64,000 nt of DNA from Eremomyces bilateralis CBS 781.70 (GCA_010015585.1 ML975172.1), one strand, 5' to 3'; positions 13,087 through 26,437 are shown, counted from the first letter of the stretch. Numbers and translations are program-made. Notes: a model not told the origin generated them from the letters alone.

Positions 13087-13818
13087 GGGGATATCAGACA
13101 CGACAGCAAAAAACCCGCACCGGATGATCCAGGACGAGTATCGAGCGAAATGGAGGGAGAGATGGCAAGCCGAAGCGGCCAGACCAGGAAGGAGAGCAAG
13201 GACATGGAAGGAACCGTGGGAAACCCAGTGCCTTAACCGGTACGACGGCCTTCAGAAACACGAGACCCCGGCGCTTATGGCACTACGGACTGAGGTAGTT
13301 GGAGTTAAAGGATGGCTCGCGAAAATTGGTGTCCCTGGAATCCACCCAGCGTGTGAGTGCGGTGCCCCCCAACAGACTCTCTACCATCTCCTTGCATTTT
13401 GCCCGCAGCGGACCGACCAGAGGATCGCGCTCCTCCAACGAGCTGGAACAACGGACTTTAAGAGGATATTGCATGACAGGGACAAGGTGCGCCACGCAGC
13501 AAAGTGGCTGATCGATGCGGGAGGCCTAGAGCAATACCGGGTGGCCAAGGAAGTTGAGGAGGAGGTAATAGAGGACTGGAAACCGTTCCAGTTCCTCCAC
13601 GACGTGCCAGAATAAGCTCTCCGCGTAGGCGGAAACACCGACTCTTACGGATAGATAATAAACGTTTAAGATAGTCTACTAAAGGGAGGAGGCGGGATTT
13701 TATGTACCCGCAGCCTCAGGGCTACGGGGAAACTTTTGCCCGCGGCAGACCAGATAGAATACCGTGCTCATAGACCCGAAAGGGATCCAGATAGTACGTT
13801 AAATTGATTCTTATTATA
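13087..13818 (+). mobile_element. 5'-truncated Tad1-like LINE (ORF2 C-terminal zinc knuckle, 3' UTR, TAT-type tail)
   Basis: ORF 13124-13615 has LMALRTEVVG..CECG..QTLYHLLAFCP (CxC-x7-H-x4-C). Preceded by TACATACTGGGCATA (13072-13086), which recurs at 15953-15967; ends in TTCTTATTAT. Confidence 0.88.
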
Positions 13819-13839
13819 ATTAGATACATCTTTACCAAA

Positions 13840-15615
13840 ATGAATCAGATTGAGCTCGCTCTTGCTGCGTTGGAGTTGGAGGAGAAACCTAATTATACTA
13901 AGAATGCAAAAGAGTATGGAATCGACCGTACAACGTTATCTAGGAGACATCGCCAAAAAACCACCTCTAGGCAAGATGCGGACTTGAACAGAGGAAAACT
14001 CCATGGATTCCAGGAGAAGAAACTTGTTTCGTATATCAACGACCTCTGTAGGCGTGGTTTTCCGCCTACTACTACAATGGTACAGAACTTTGCCTGCGAT
14101 ATTGCGAAACAAGACATAGGCAAGAACTGGGTCTCTAGATTCGTGGAGCGGCATGAGACGATGCTCGACGGGAGATATCTCAACGTTATCGAGTCCTCCA
14201 GGACCCGGGCGGATAAGGAGCAAGACTATCGTGATTTCTACGCCTTATTAGCCCAAAAGATTACGGAATACGACATTGATCGGGAGAATATGTACAATAT
14301 GGATGAAAAGGGCTTCCTTATGGGGATCATGACCAAGATGAGACGGATCGTCTCAAAGGCGGTTTTATCGCAAAATAAGAGCCTAGCGCCACGACGGATG
14401 GTAATCGTGAGTGGATTACCATTCTTGCATGTATCTGTGCGGATAGTTCCTGGTTACCGCCCGGTCTAATTTACCAGGCGGTTTCCGGTAATCTCCAGGA
14501 CTCTTGGCTCCAGGATTTCGACACGGAGAACCACCAGGCCTTTTTTGCCTCATCTCCATCGGGATGGACGAACGATGAGCTAGGATTCCATTGGTTGACT
14601 ATCGTTTTTGAGCGGTATACGAAGCCGAAGGCGAGACGGAGATATCGTCTCTTGGTTATCGATGGGCACGGTAGCCATATCAATATGAGATTCCTGGATT
14701 GGTGCCACGAAAACCGTATTTTGGTATGCTGCTACCCTCCGCGTACCACTCATCGCCTACAACCGCTCGACGTTAGCCTGTTCTCACCTCTTGCGACCTA
14801 TTATGGGCAGGATCTCAATACCTTCATATCTGAGTGCCAGGGACTCTATTCTATCACGAAACGAGGGTTTTTTCGCTTATTTTGGGCGGCATGGCATAAA
14901 GCTTTCACTCCTGCCCATATTCGAAGTGGTGGGGAAAAAACAGGACTGGATCCACTAGATCAGTCCGTGGTCCTACATGTTATCGGGATTAGGGAAACAA
15001 CCTCTCGACCGGGCTCAAATGCATCATCGGCAGATTCTCACCTCTCGTCAACGGACTGGAGACAAGTAAAACGGATTATCCGTGATGCTGTAGGTAATGC
15101 GGTTACTTCGGAGTCGAAAAAGCTTCTCAGCTCGGTCGCACAGCTTTCAACCGATATTACCCTCTTACGAGCGTAAAACCAGGGCCTGCGAAAGGCTATC
15201 ATCAACGAGAAAAAGAAACGTAAGAGGGCGAAGCCGTTATTTGAAGAGTTATGTGCTGAAACTGGTATAAAGGCACAGTTTTTCAGTCCCTCCAAGATCC
15301 AGAGAGCTCGCGAACTTCAAACACAGAGAGAAGAGGAAAAGGTCGATCAAGAGGCACAAAGACAACAGGATAAGGTAGAGAGAGCACAACGCAAGATAGA
15401 GAAGGAAAAAAAGATGATAGAAAACCGCCTCCAACGAGATGAGGCACGTACAAGGAGGGCTACGGAGAAGGCCCTTTTGGCGAAGGAGAGGCAGGTTAGT
15501 AAGGAGGCTCGATTAGCCAACCTCCAGATCCGCAGGGAGTCTAGATCCTTTAGAACCACCAAGAGAAAGTCTATACAGGTGGTTTCAAGGCGAAGTCTAC
15601 AGCCTCACGTTATCC
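13840..15615 (+). mobile_element. Fot1/pogo transposase pseudogene (HTH, CENP-B HTH, DDE_1)
   Basis: ATG 13840; GIDRTTLSRR, GKNWVSRFVERH, YNMDEKGF, DGNREWIT, GWTND, LLVIDGHGSH, THRLQPLDV. Frameshift near 14385, in-frame TAA at 15174, truncated by an N gap. Confidence 0.92.
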
Positions 15616-15625
15616 NNNNNNNNNN
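15616..15625. other. Assembly gap (10 N)
   Basis: Run of n. Confidence 1.
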
Positions 15626-15952
15626 CACGCAGCAAGGTGGCTGATCGATGCGGGAGGCCTAGAGCAATACCGGGTGGCCAAGGAAGTTGAGGAGGAGGTA
15701 ATAGAGGACTGGAAACCGTTCCAGCTCCTCCACGACGTGCCAGAATAAGCTCTCCGCGTAGGCGGAAACACCGACTCGTGCGGAAAGATAGAAATGATTG
15801 AGATACTCTACTGAGGGGAGGAGGCGGGATTTTACGTACCCGCAGCCTCATGGCTACGGGGAAACTTTTGCCCGCGATAGACCAGATAGAGTGCCGCGCT
15901 CATAGACCCGAAAGGGATCCAGATAGTACGTTAAATTGATTCTTATTATTAT
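15626..15952 (+). mobile_element. Second copy of the Tad1-like LINE 3' end
   Basis: Closely similar to ~13492-13818, differences mostly transitions; (TAT)n tail followed by the 15-bp TSD at 15953-15967. Confidence 0.9.
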
Positions 15953-17443
15953 TACATACTGGGCATATCGACATGATATATAATCATTAACTACCAAATA
16001 GGAGAAGCAGGTTTTTCTTGGATTGCTCGAAGTATTTGATGGCCTCAATGCGTAAACAAGTTTGAAAGGGCTCGTTATATCCAAAGCTGTGATCGAGAGC
16101 GTTTAAGTCGCTGGTCACAAGGTTTGTTAGTTGCCTAGTAGTAGCCTTGTACTATTCTCATACGGCTTTAATATGCAAGATACACCAATTAATTTCTATT
16201 GCTTCCGGCCTATTGGTAGCCTTGTACTATACTCATTTGTCTTGTATCCCCATGGCCAGTTGACTGTCTTGTAATATAACCTCCTCCTGCCACCTACTGC
16301 TTGATAACTCCAAAGAAGGAAGAGAGTCTCGACAGAGCTGCAGGTGAATTGGACCGGTGATAGCGAGCTGAAAGGGTGAGACTAAGACTGGACGGTAACT
16401 CTCTAGTGAGAGACCCAGTAGTCTTAAGGTAGTGCTCCTGTTTGCTATGCTTTCAGGACCTCATGCCACCTCTGCTGCGTGCATGCTATCAGAGGGGTAT
16501 TCCAAAGATGGAACTTCAGTAGATTGGACGTGGGGGGAATTACCCACTAGAAGATGTCCGGCAGCTCATTGGTTGTAATATCGCTCTGGAACCCCTCCAG
16601 ACAGAAGGTTATGGTTTTCGAATATCGTCCTAGCCAGATAGAGGGCTATAGTGCGCACTTCAACAAGTACAGTCTGGAACTGTTAACTAGGCTGACAGGA
16701 GGGTTTTATGAAAGGAGAATGGAGTTAGGCGGGTTCAATACTAGGTGTCTCTAGGCTGTGAACAACTGTATCTATGTAGTGCTATAATAGGACTGATTTG
16801 ACTCTACCCTAATGCCAGATATTTTATTTTGCCTACAAACACTGATACCAACATCTTCCTCCCCGCAACTGAAGAGCATATGAACCTCCTTGATTCGAAG
16901 CGCCAAATGTCCTTGTGAAATCTATCCAAAATCAACTGGGTACGTTCTTTGGACATGGTTGAAGGGTGAATGGCAAGCGACGGTGAAGATTCACATGTAG
17001 GCTGCCTAAAATATTAGGTTGGCTCATTTTTGCAATGGAACTATCGCGAGAAAGTTGAGCAGTCGCCGGTTTGGATGCATCTACATTCATGGCCAACGGA
17101 TGAGATAGCCCGGTCAGTGATGAAAAGTTGGAAGTGAGGATACGGGAAGTGATATTATGTGATAGTAGACCCGTGTGCGCAATGTATGGCTGACTCTGAT
17201 TAAGATTAATGATCGCATGTGACAATACTTCTAGAATACAATTTATATTCATATTCACCCTCACATGCCAACTGAAGTGTTACCAACTCAGCCTGCATCG
17301 GACCAGGACCTTTATTTGCATTAACAATCTTCCAAATATTTACCTCGAGTAAGCAGGATACGCCTTACCTGAGCAGGTCCTTGCCATATAGCGCTCTTGA
17401 GGTCACTTACCACTGGTATCAACTGCTCCAGTACTTGAATAGA

Positions 17444-18416
17444 ATGCCTCCTAAGAACCAGATTCTAAAAACGAAGAGAGAGGGCAAGGCCAAGGGCCCA
17501 GGTGAGGCCCGATTGCCTCTTTACAAGCAGTGCCTTGAACGAACCAGCATCGTGAAAGAGGTCTTTGGGTCTGAGGCTGCCGAACACCCACTTCGAGCAC
17601 AGATCGTGCAGTATCAGGCTCAGTATCAGTCTCGGATTGAGCCTCTGCAGGAAATCAGTGAATACATCGCCAAGTGCTCATTGATTCATAGGTCTAAGAC
17701 TGACTGCCGAAGTAGACCACATCAATGTCCTGTTCATGAACAAATTCGGGTTCGGGATTATCGAGAAAGAACAAGAGTTGGTTCGCGCTTACATGACTGG
17801 CATCGACGGCCCCGAGGCGAACAAAGCGATCCTGCAGACGATCTACCTCATCTACGCTCGAGACCGCCACTTCAAGACCCGCGATGACCCCTACGAGGAA
17901 CGAACCATCCGGGAATGCTCGAAGCTTCATCTGCTCTTGATCAAAGCGCTGAAAGAGACGTGCAGGAAGCTGAACGTCCTCCGCGCCGATGGTCGGCTTC
18001 CCTCGGAGATTGACAGAGCGGTGGCTGGACTGCCCAATACGATTTGGTTTAGCACATTGGAGGACGCTAATAAACACATCGCTTCCCTCAATGCTGAGAT
18101 GGCAACCGTCGATTTCGTCCGCAAACCGACCGACCCGGTATCAGAATGGTTCAGTTCCGAGGCGTACGCCGCAGCGGCAAGTATGGCGAAAAAAGGCCAT
18201 ATCGACTTTGAAACAAAGCTATTTAGGAACTTTGGGGACTTGAATACCTTGCCTGGGCAGCCTCGAGAGAGGATGGGTCGGGCACCTGCGCTGGTAATCG
18301 GGTCTGAGTCTGCTGTCGTTGGATCTGATGCGGAGGTTCATAGTGGACCGACGGGCGGAGGAGAAAACGATGCAAGGCATGGGAAAGAGTACAAAGTCGA
18401 TCAGGAGACGATTTGA
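17444..18416 (+). CDS. Hypothetical protein (two exons, ~300 aa), no recognised domain
   Basis: MPPKNQILK ORF joined by a GT..AG intron (~17659-17715, CTGAC branch) to ORF 17736-18416. Confidence 0.55.
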
Positions 18417-19009
18417 GCATTGGACTATACGGCTTTGATGTCGGGTCAAGCGTCCTATCCGGACTGAGATGGAACTGGAGGATTGGTGCTAGATCCTTTG
18501 CGCGGCGGTACTACGGACACAGGTTCAGCGATATAGATCGATTTTCACTCAGCTCTTGCTAGTGGAATAGAAGGAATTTGAGCCATTACTGATAGCCTAT
18601 GTTCCCAAATCATTTCGCAAGCAGCAGTCATTCATAGTACCATCATATCTAGAAGTCATCCAGATGAGGTTGAAATAAACCATCCGATCCAGCCGAGGAT
18701 GATCCGCGATCTGGAGATGGGACCCACTTCCTTTACAGACCCTTGTCCACTTTCTGGTTCACGTTCGTGTTCATTCAACATTCAAGTTCAACCCCACGTC
18801 TACAATTTCCAATACGTGCTTTATCGAATGTCAATTGCCAGCGAGTCGAGCATTGGATCATAGAAGTCAAAAGACTATCAGGATTACGCTTCTCGATTTA
18901 AATCGCTCAGTTCTCGCCCATATATTCCTCAACTCGAAGCAACAATGAGGATAGCGGAGGTGCGATAGCTCGCAATCCTCCCATTCATTGTCCTCTCAAC
19001 ATTCCCATA

Positions 19010-21738
19010 ATGGAAACCCCCACGGCCCCGTTTGATCCTGTAGTCTGTGTTGTAGACTTTCACCATGCACGGTACGGAGCATTCTCGCACCATCGCCTAG
19101 TGTGGCCGAGTTCTTGGATCACAGAACGCTGTACTGACTAGACGATACAACCAGTGGTCCAGAAGTTGAGACGTGGCTCGGAGTTCAAGATGGCGTAGAC
19201 CTCGCTGCGGAGAATGACTGGTCCTTACTCCCATTCATGGCATTGACGGACGGAGTTCATGCGTATGGCCATCCCTAATCCTACCCTAAAAGTATGATAT
19301 CTAGCGGCGATACTGAGATCCAACTTTAGAGCAGCCGAGGACTACTCCTACTTCACCCTCCGATATACCGGCCCGCCAAACTCCTCAGATGCCCCCGTAG
19401 ATAAGAAGGATGACGAAGAAGGAGATGAGTTCAAATCCATTGCTCTGGACCGCCCTTCCGGTATCGCGGCTACGTCATTATTTGGAATCTCTTGCACCAG
19501 GCAGATCGATGCGTCCCAACTGATAAATCGACCGGCAGACGTCACACGATCGACCGTACAAAAGGCTGTGATAGTGATTGGAGGCGCCCATATGCCGAAA
19601 CATTTTGGTTGGTTGAGGGAGAAGCTGGGTGCTGTGACACGAGCTTGGTTCGAGCAGCGGTACGTCGAACCCGGGAATGATCCTATTCTGAAATATTTGT
19701 CTCCGACATTGGCTTTCTATATGCTCATTTAACGGTTTAGGGACTTCTCGGACCTTGAGATCTTGAAGGTGTGTTAAATCAAGATGGGGATGACGATTAC
19801 AACTAACGGCGTTGAAGGAATTCCAAGACAGCCTTGGGAAGACATTCAAAGACATGGAAGACGAGAAAGATCAATATTTTGGTGGGAATAGCTGTACTCT
19901 CTGTGAACTGTACTTTGTTACTGACATTGCTAACAGGGCTTTCTCTCCGCGAACTGATCCACCAGTTCAAATGGCAGACCCTCGTCCTTCTCAAAGCATG
20001 CCTTTTGCAGCGCAAGGTTGGTTAATACAACCCTGTAAACCGTATTCATGCTGAATCTCGTCCAGATACTCTTCTATGGATCCAACTGCGAAAAGCTATG
20101 CATGATACAATTCTCGCTAATCTCTCTAATCCCCGGATTGCTCCGTTCTCTGCAAGATTGTGCGGATCCACAATTTAACTCCTACGAAGAATCGCTCGTC
20201 ATGCCAACATCGCTGAAGACTAGTGAAAGGGCCTCGCTCCTAGCTTATATGGGACTGCCCCTCCAAATATTTGGCAAGGGAAGTCTATTCGGGCCGTATA
20301 CTCCTTTGCAGCAGCTCGATGTGCTCGCGGATCATGGCACGACATCATATATTGTCGGATCGACGAACTCCCTCCTTTTGCAGCAAAGGGATCGGTACAG
20401 TGACGTACTGATTAATTTGGATGAAAATACTATCGACATCAGTTCACCATCTCTGAGATCGGCTCTGGCTCTATCAACACCCGACCGGAGATGGGTCGAC
20501 TTCATAACACAGACGGTCAACGACACCTGGGATGATGCAAATCCAGGGAGACCAAACACAATGGGCTATGCAGGAAGCGAAGAGTTCATTCGTCTCCAGT
20601 TCGAAGAGTATCTCCTCGCGCTCCTCTCCGCTGTTAAATACCGTTTGTATACGGAGAAGAACAAGGACGACCCGAAAGCCTTGCTAAACGAATACGGTAC
20701 ATATTCTCTTCGTCTTACACACCAAAATCTACTAACACGGGCGTAGAAGGCGATCCGGCTCAGGAATTCAGCAACGAATTCATCAAAGGCTGGATGGAGA
20801 CGGACAATTACCGAGTCTTCCAGAAATTCACGGACTCGCATCTTTTCGACATTGTTGAACCATTGCACCCATGCAGCGGCGGCCTCTCCATTGAGGATGT
20901 CCAACGACGTCTGGCACAGTAGGTCGACTTCCTCTCTCGATTTTTCAACGCTAATAGTATCGTAGGCAAATAACTGAACTGCATCTGGATGAACGAGTGC
21001 AGGCTGGTCGCGAAGTCCTCGGGAAGCACCTCGCCACCGGCCAGAAGAAAGTATCAACCGCCCTGAACAACATCTGGGCGGAGATTGAGGTCATGAGGGA
21101 AGCGCAGAAAATGCGCGCCGAAGAACAGCGTGCTGCGGCTGCCGTTAACAGCCCGACCGCTGGGTCTCCGACAAGTCCGTCCAATGCACAAAGGGGCGGA
21201 GCAGGGTCACGATGTAAGTTAAGGAATGCGTAAGGACCCTAGGGTATCTGCTGATAGTCCATAACCAGTCTCTGCCATCGGAAAACCAGATCTGTCGCAA
21301 GCTCAAGCATCAGCACAGGCAGCTGGCGCCAAAGCCGGAGCATACCTCTCATCTTGGGGTTCGTGGGCGGCGGAGAAGCGGCGGACAGCATGGTCCGCAT
21401 ATTCCGGAACGGGATCACAACCGCCGAGCAGACCGTCCTCGCAGGTTCCCAATACCCCGCCTGGGACATCATGGTCGCTCTCTAGTGGCACTGATTCGAA
21501 GCGATCGAGTGCTGCGGCTGGGAAAGAGAACGAAGTCCCGGATATCAAACCAGTTGATGTTACGAAGGGTCCGCGCGAAAGTTATCAGCAGGTCGTGTTG
21601 GATGTGAAAGCAGATGAGAAGGTACCGGAAGCTAAACCGAAGGGTCTGCAGGAAAGTGATCAGAAGATCTTGTTGGATGGGAAAGCAGACGAGATGGCAC
21701 CGGAAGCTAAACCGAAAGAGACGACCGAGGCTTCCTAG
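19010..21738 (+). CDS. AVL9: Late secretory pathway protein Avl9 (DENN-related)
   Basis: Multi-exon: VCVVDFHHAR|GPEVE, LPFMALTDGVH, SLFGISCTRQI, DVTRSTVQKAV, GLSLRELIHQFKWQTLVLLK, QFSLISLIPGL, GLPLQIFGKGSLFGPYTPLQQ, VGSTNSLL, GSEEFIRLQFEEYL. Confidence 0.93.
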
Positions 21739-21922
21739 TGCTCGCCTGAAATTGCATAGCGATAGGAATTGGATAGGCGTTCTGATTTATGTGTGTAACG
21801 CTAGCATCTTATGAATGTGTTATGAGAACAACTCAGCATATCTATTTGAATGCAGTCCAATAGAACCTTATCTAAATCTAACGATTCTGGGTTTCCTTTT
21901 TCAGATCTGTTACCTAACTGAT

Positions 21923-24900
21923 TCAATTCTCCGTCTCAACAAGTCCCCGGAACCGTCCACCATCTTTCCGCATTAACTCTCCCGGGGAGCCGACCTCCAC
22001 AATCTTCCCCGCATCCATGACCACAATCCTATCAAACTTCATCACGGTTTCCAGTCGATGAGCGATCGCGATCACCGTGGGACGGTGCCTGAACAGCTCC
22101 TCATCACACACCGTGAGCATGCGCTTCTCCGTCTCCGCATCGACCGACGAGGTCGCCTCATCGAGAACCATGATCTTGGCGTTGCGCAGCCGAGCCTGGA
22201 CAAGCGCCCTGGCCAGCGCGAGTAGAGCGCGCTGCCCGTGAGAGAGGACTGCCTCCACGGTATCCATGGAGAGGTCTAACAATGACACTGCGCTCGAGTA
22301 GCCTGCAATATCCCGAAGTGTCCCCAGGAGATCAACATGAGCCAGCACCGATTCTAGGGCAGAATCGTCAACGGACTGTGGCCCCGTCGAAGCACGAAGC
22401 TGAGCGACACGGTTGGCATATAATTCTTCCCGAAGAGTGGTATCACCGCCGATGAAAACGGGCTCTTGGGGCAGCGCAACGACGGACTCGCGGACTTGGG
22501 TCCAGGACAGACCGCTAGCGGCACCGAGGTTCAGCCCGTCAATGGAAATTGACCCGGTTCGAATGTTGAGAAGTCCGAATATGCTCGCGACGAGACTGGA
22601 TTTTCCGGAGCCGGTTCGGCCAACCACGGCAATGCGCTCGCCAGAGTTGATAGTGAGGTTGATAGACTGTAGGACAGACGGGGTGTGAGGAGTGAGAGAG
22701 TAGCCAGCGGCGAAATCTTGGAAGTTGATGCAGCCAGACATGATCGGGTTTCCATGCCCCTCAATCGTCTCTAATGGAACCTTTGAGGGCGATGTAGGCA
22801 CTGGGATGCTTTGGGGACCAAATGAGTTCTCCTGTGGAGTGTTCGTCGCAAACTTCCGGATGCGAGTAATTGCACTGAGTGACGTCTCCAGGTCCGTCCA
22901 ACTCGTCACCAAGACTTTAATCATTATCCCCAAATCCATCGTTCCGACAAGAGCCAGGCCGAGGAATCCAGCATCAAGCTTATTCTTCAATGGGATGGCC
23001 AAGCCGACTGTTACGATGACGATGCCTGCAACCATCAATTGAAGAACCAGATGAAGCCAATTCTGAATGGCTGCCAACAGATAGAATGGACGCTGCGACA
23101 GGTTTAGCAACTCCATGTTCTGCCGATCATATGATTCCGACCACCCGAACGCTCGCACCGTGCTAATCCCAGCCAGCGTCTCCAAGAAATGGGTGCACAG
23201 CGGTGCTTTCGCTTCCAAGTCCATGAGCCGCATTTGCCGGCTCGTCCGTAGGTAAACTCGCTGGATAACCCAAGAGATTCCGAGCAGGAATGGCACCAGC
23301 GCCGCGATTGGAGGGGTCGCAACAACGACCAGTCCGAAATAAAGAGCGCAATTGAGAATCTCTCCGGTGGTGTTAATGAAGGCATACGGAAGATTTCTGT
23401 CAACCAGTGCGATGTCTTGTGAGAACCGGTTGGTGATGTTGCCAATGTCGGTGGAGACTATGAAGGGAAATGATGCGTAGAGCAGTGCTTTCAGTTGGCG
23501 TGCATGTAGCACTCGACTAGCCGAAGGTATGATGCCGAATGAGAAGTGGGCTATCCATATACTGATAAAGGCAATGGCCAGCACGGATATCACGATGAAT
23601 ATGGTGAGGTGTCGATACATCACTTCCAGGCTTTGGTCATTAAAAGAAGCCCAAAGCTTTAGCCATAGAACTATTATATGTTAGCATTGTGGAACGAATG
23701 AGTGTATGCTTAACTCACATTGAGAGAAGGTCATCCCACTTTCCAGCACCATGACCGAGAAGAAGATGATACAATGCTTTAATCCAATAGCAGAGAGGTA
23801 ATATTTGAACGCAGCTTTGTCCCCGGACCTCCGATCGTCGTCAATTACGTAGTCATCCAAAGGAGAATTCTTTGCCGGAGTAGCCTTAACCAAGCTCACT
23901 GGCGTTTGATCTTCATTTTCATCCACACCATTATCTGAAGAAGTCTCTGATGATTGGTCATTGATCAGATCCTTGAAAAGCTCCGAACTCTCGATCAGCC
24001 TCTCTGGTGTATCCGATTCGACGATATTTCCCGACTGGAGTATAACTAATAAGTCCGCCTCTTGAACCCATTTCAAGGAATGCGTTGCGAGTACGACTGT
24101 CGAGTTTGATTTCCGAAGAAGTCCCTGTTTCCCGAACACTCGATGGAACACAAGTCTCTCTGTCGTTGAGTCTAAACCGGATAGTACGTCATCAATAATA
24201 AGTACCGCTTGTCTTGAATAGACCGCTCGTGCCAAAGACATGCGGTTCTTCTGTCCGCCGCTAAGTGCGATCCCTTTTGAACCGACAACGGTCAGGTCCC
24301 CCTGAGACATGTCCACGAAGTCTTCTTGCAAGCCGCAAGCATATACAACTTGGTTGTACCAGGTGGAGGAGAAGTCACTCTCGCCAATGATATTTTCTCG
24401 TAATGTTTGATTTCGCAGCCAAGGAGTTTGGGAACAAAATGCCACTGAATCCTGGCTGCGGCTCATTGTCCCATCCAAAAGTTCTATTTCCCGTGCCAAA
24501 CATCGTAGAAAAACCGATTTCCCACTAGCGACCTGGCCAATGATGATGGTTAACGCATGAGACGGGATTTCGAGATTGGCATTTCGGATAATCGGCTTGT
24601 CCGTGTCAATGCCGATCGTCGCGTTTCGAAGGCATATCGCCACTGTATCGGAATAATGTGGCATGGCCTGTAGGCAATAACTAGAGCGTCCATCAAGTCC
24701 CTGGATGTTGTGGTTTTCGCTGGTTTTGCCATGATTCTCAGAAACGAGATACCTATGGATCCGCTCCAAAGAAGAAAACGCATTCTGGAAAGTAGCTATG
24801 CTCTGTAGAGCAGGTAGGAGAGGGGTTGTGATAAGCTTCAAGGCTGATAGAGAGGAAAAGAGCCGAGAAAAGTCGAGTATAGAACCTTTCGACATGTCTA

Positions 24901-26437
24901 TTCCTGCAAATAGGGCATAAGTAGCGAGAGCCGCCAACGGAAAGATGAAGTTTGCAATGGCGATGATAATGGAAAGTAGATGGAATGAATAGTTCGACTT
25001 TTTGACTTCGGTCTCCCGCAGGTCGGTCAACCTATTCTCGAAGACGCTGGTCAGGCCCAGCATTCGGATTCCTTTTACCGAAGCCACCATATCTGAGACG
25101 GATTTCACTCTTTTCTCGGTCATCCCCACGTAGTTGAGTTGACGTGGTCGAATTCTACTTCCCAGAATTGAACAAATGAAAGCCGCTGAGAAGATGGAGA
25201 CCAACGCTCCCAGGAAGGCAATTCCAAGCTGATGGTAGAGAATATAGGACGCAATTCCACTCTGTACAGCGGCTGACCAGAATTCGTGGAATCTTGGGAG
25301 CCCTTCAACAACCTTTTCGACATCCACATTCATAAGAATTGTCGCTGAGCCCATGTTGACGTCTTTGGGTGAAATTTCTAGCGTCTTGCCGTATAGCAGC
25401 GAAATGAGTCCTCCTCTTATTTTTGCCTTGAATCGTGCCAGCGCTTGCAAATGCCAGGCGGAGAAGATCGCAAGGAACATATAATCCAACGAAAAAGCAG
25501 CGAGGAGTCCATAACCGGTATTTCTTGTCGTTTCGCTGTCGGGAGTTTGTACGTATTTTGTGATAGCCGGGATCAAGAACGTCTGCGATATCGTCATCCC
25601 TATCTGCAGGAGCATAGGTATGACGGGAATGACGATATCCGCAGGGATGACTTTGACAATCGTCCATAGCAGAGACAGCCGCTTCTCCTTGTTTCTCGTT
25701 TTGGCCCATGATTCTCGGAACGAGACTTGGAGACTCTCGGCAGTCAAGTCCCCATCCAGCGAAAACAGATCATCGGGCTCGAGGATCTGTCGATATCCAG
25801 CGCGAAAGAGGCCGTTCAAGTGCCAAAACAGCTTCTGAGCAAACAAGCCTATAGTATCCTCAGGAGAGAGCCTCGTAAAAGTGTCAGACAGGAGCTCCGA
25901 CTTGTCTAGAGACTCTAGAAGGAGCAGCATGGCCGTCAAGAAGGTATGGACAGAAGCAACCGACACTAACGACGATTCGTATTTCATCAAGAACAGCGTT
26001 CGAAGCCTAACTGCATCGGTGGCCAACAGAACTAGCAAGAATAACTGCAATAAATGGCTAGGTCGCACGGCTCGCGTATGTTCTAACCGTGACAGCGCAA
26101 TCACAGTCAAAGATCCCAGGAGCTCAAACACCGCCGCCGCAACTGTTTCTCGGGTTCGGAACCTTGCTTCGCTCCAAAGCACAAGCAGCGCCGTGCTTGA
26201 CGCCGCGTAGATGAAGGTAGCGACGACTTTGAGAGTTCCAAGGCGGGAGTGCTTCGTAAGTCTTTCTCGACGCAGCCGGAGAGTACTGTAACGTATCGGT
26301 GCAAGGAGGAGAAAGAAACATTGTGGGAGAAGCGCGAAGATGCTGTCTTCGAAGAGCAAGGTGAAGTCGAAGGAGCCACGACAATGATCACCGACTGTCG
26401 GGCCAAACGTGCTATCCGTTGGACACACCCGTGCCAT
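21923..26437 (-). CDS. Full-length ABCC/MRP-type ABC transporter (TMD0-TMD1-NBD1-TMD2-NBD2)
   Basis: Start MARVCPTDSTFGP..CRGSFDFTLLFE. NBD1 GQVASGKS / LSGGQKNR / LIIDD; one intron 23671-23718; NBD2 GRTGSGKS / LSHGQ / VLDEATS / IAHRL. Confidence 0.95.

Noticed and set aside
16141..16236. 21-bp near-perfect direct repeat GTAGCCTTGTACTAT.CTCAT
   Set aside because: Only two copies with no associated structure; probably a local duplication.
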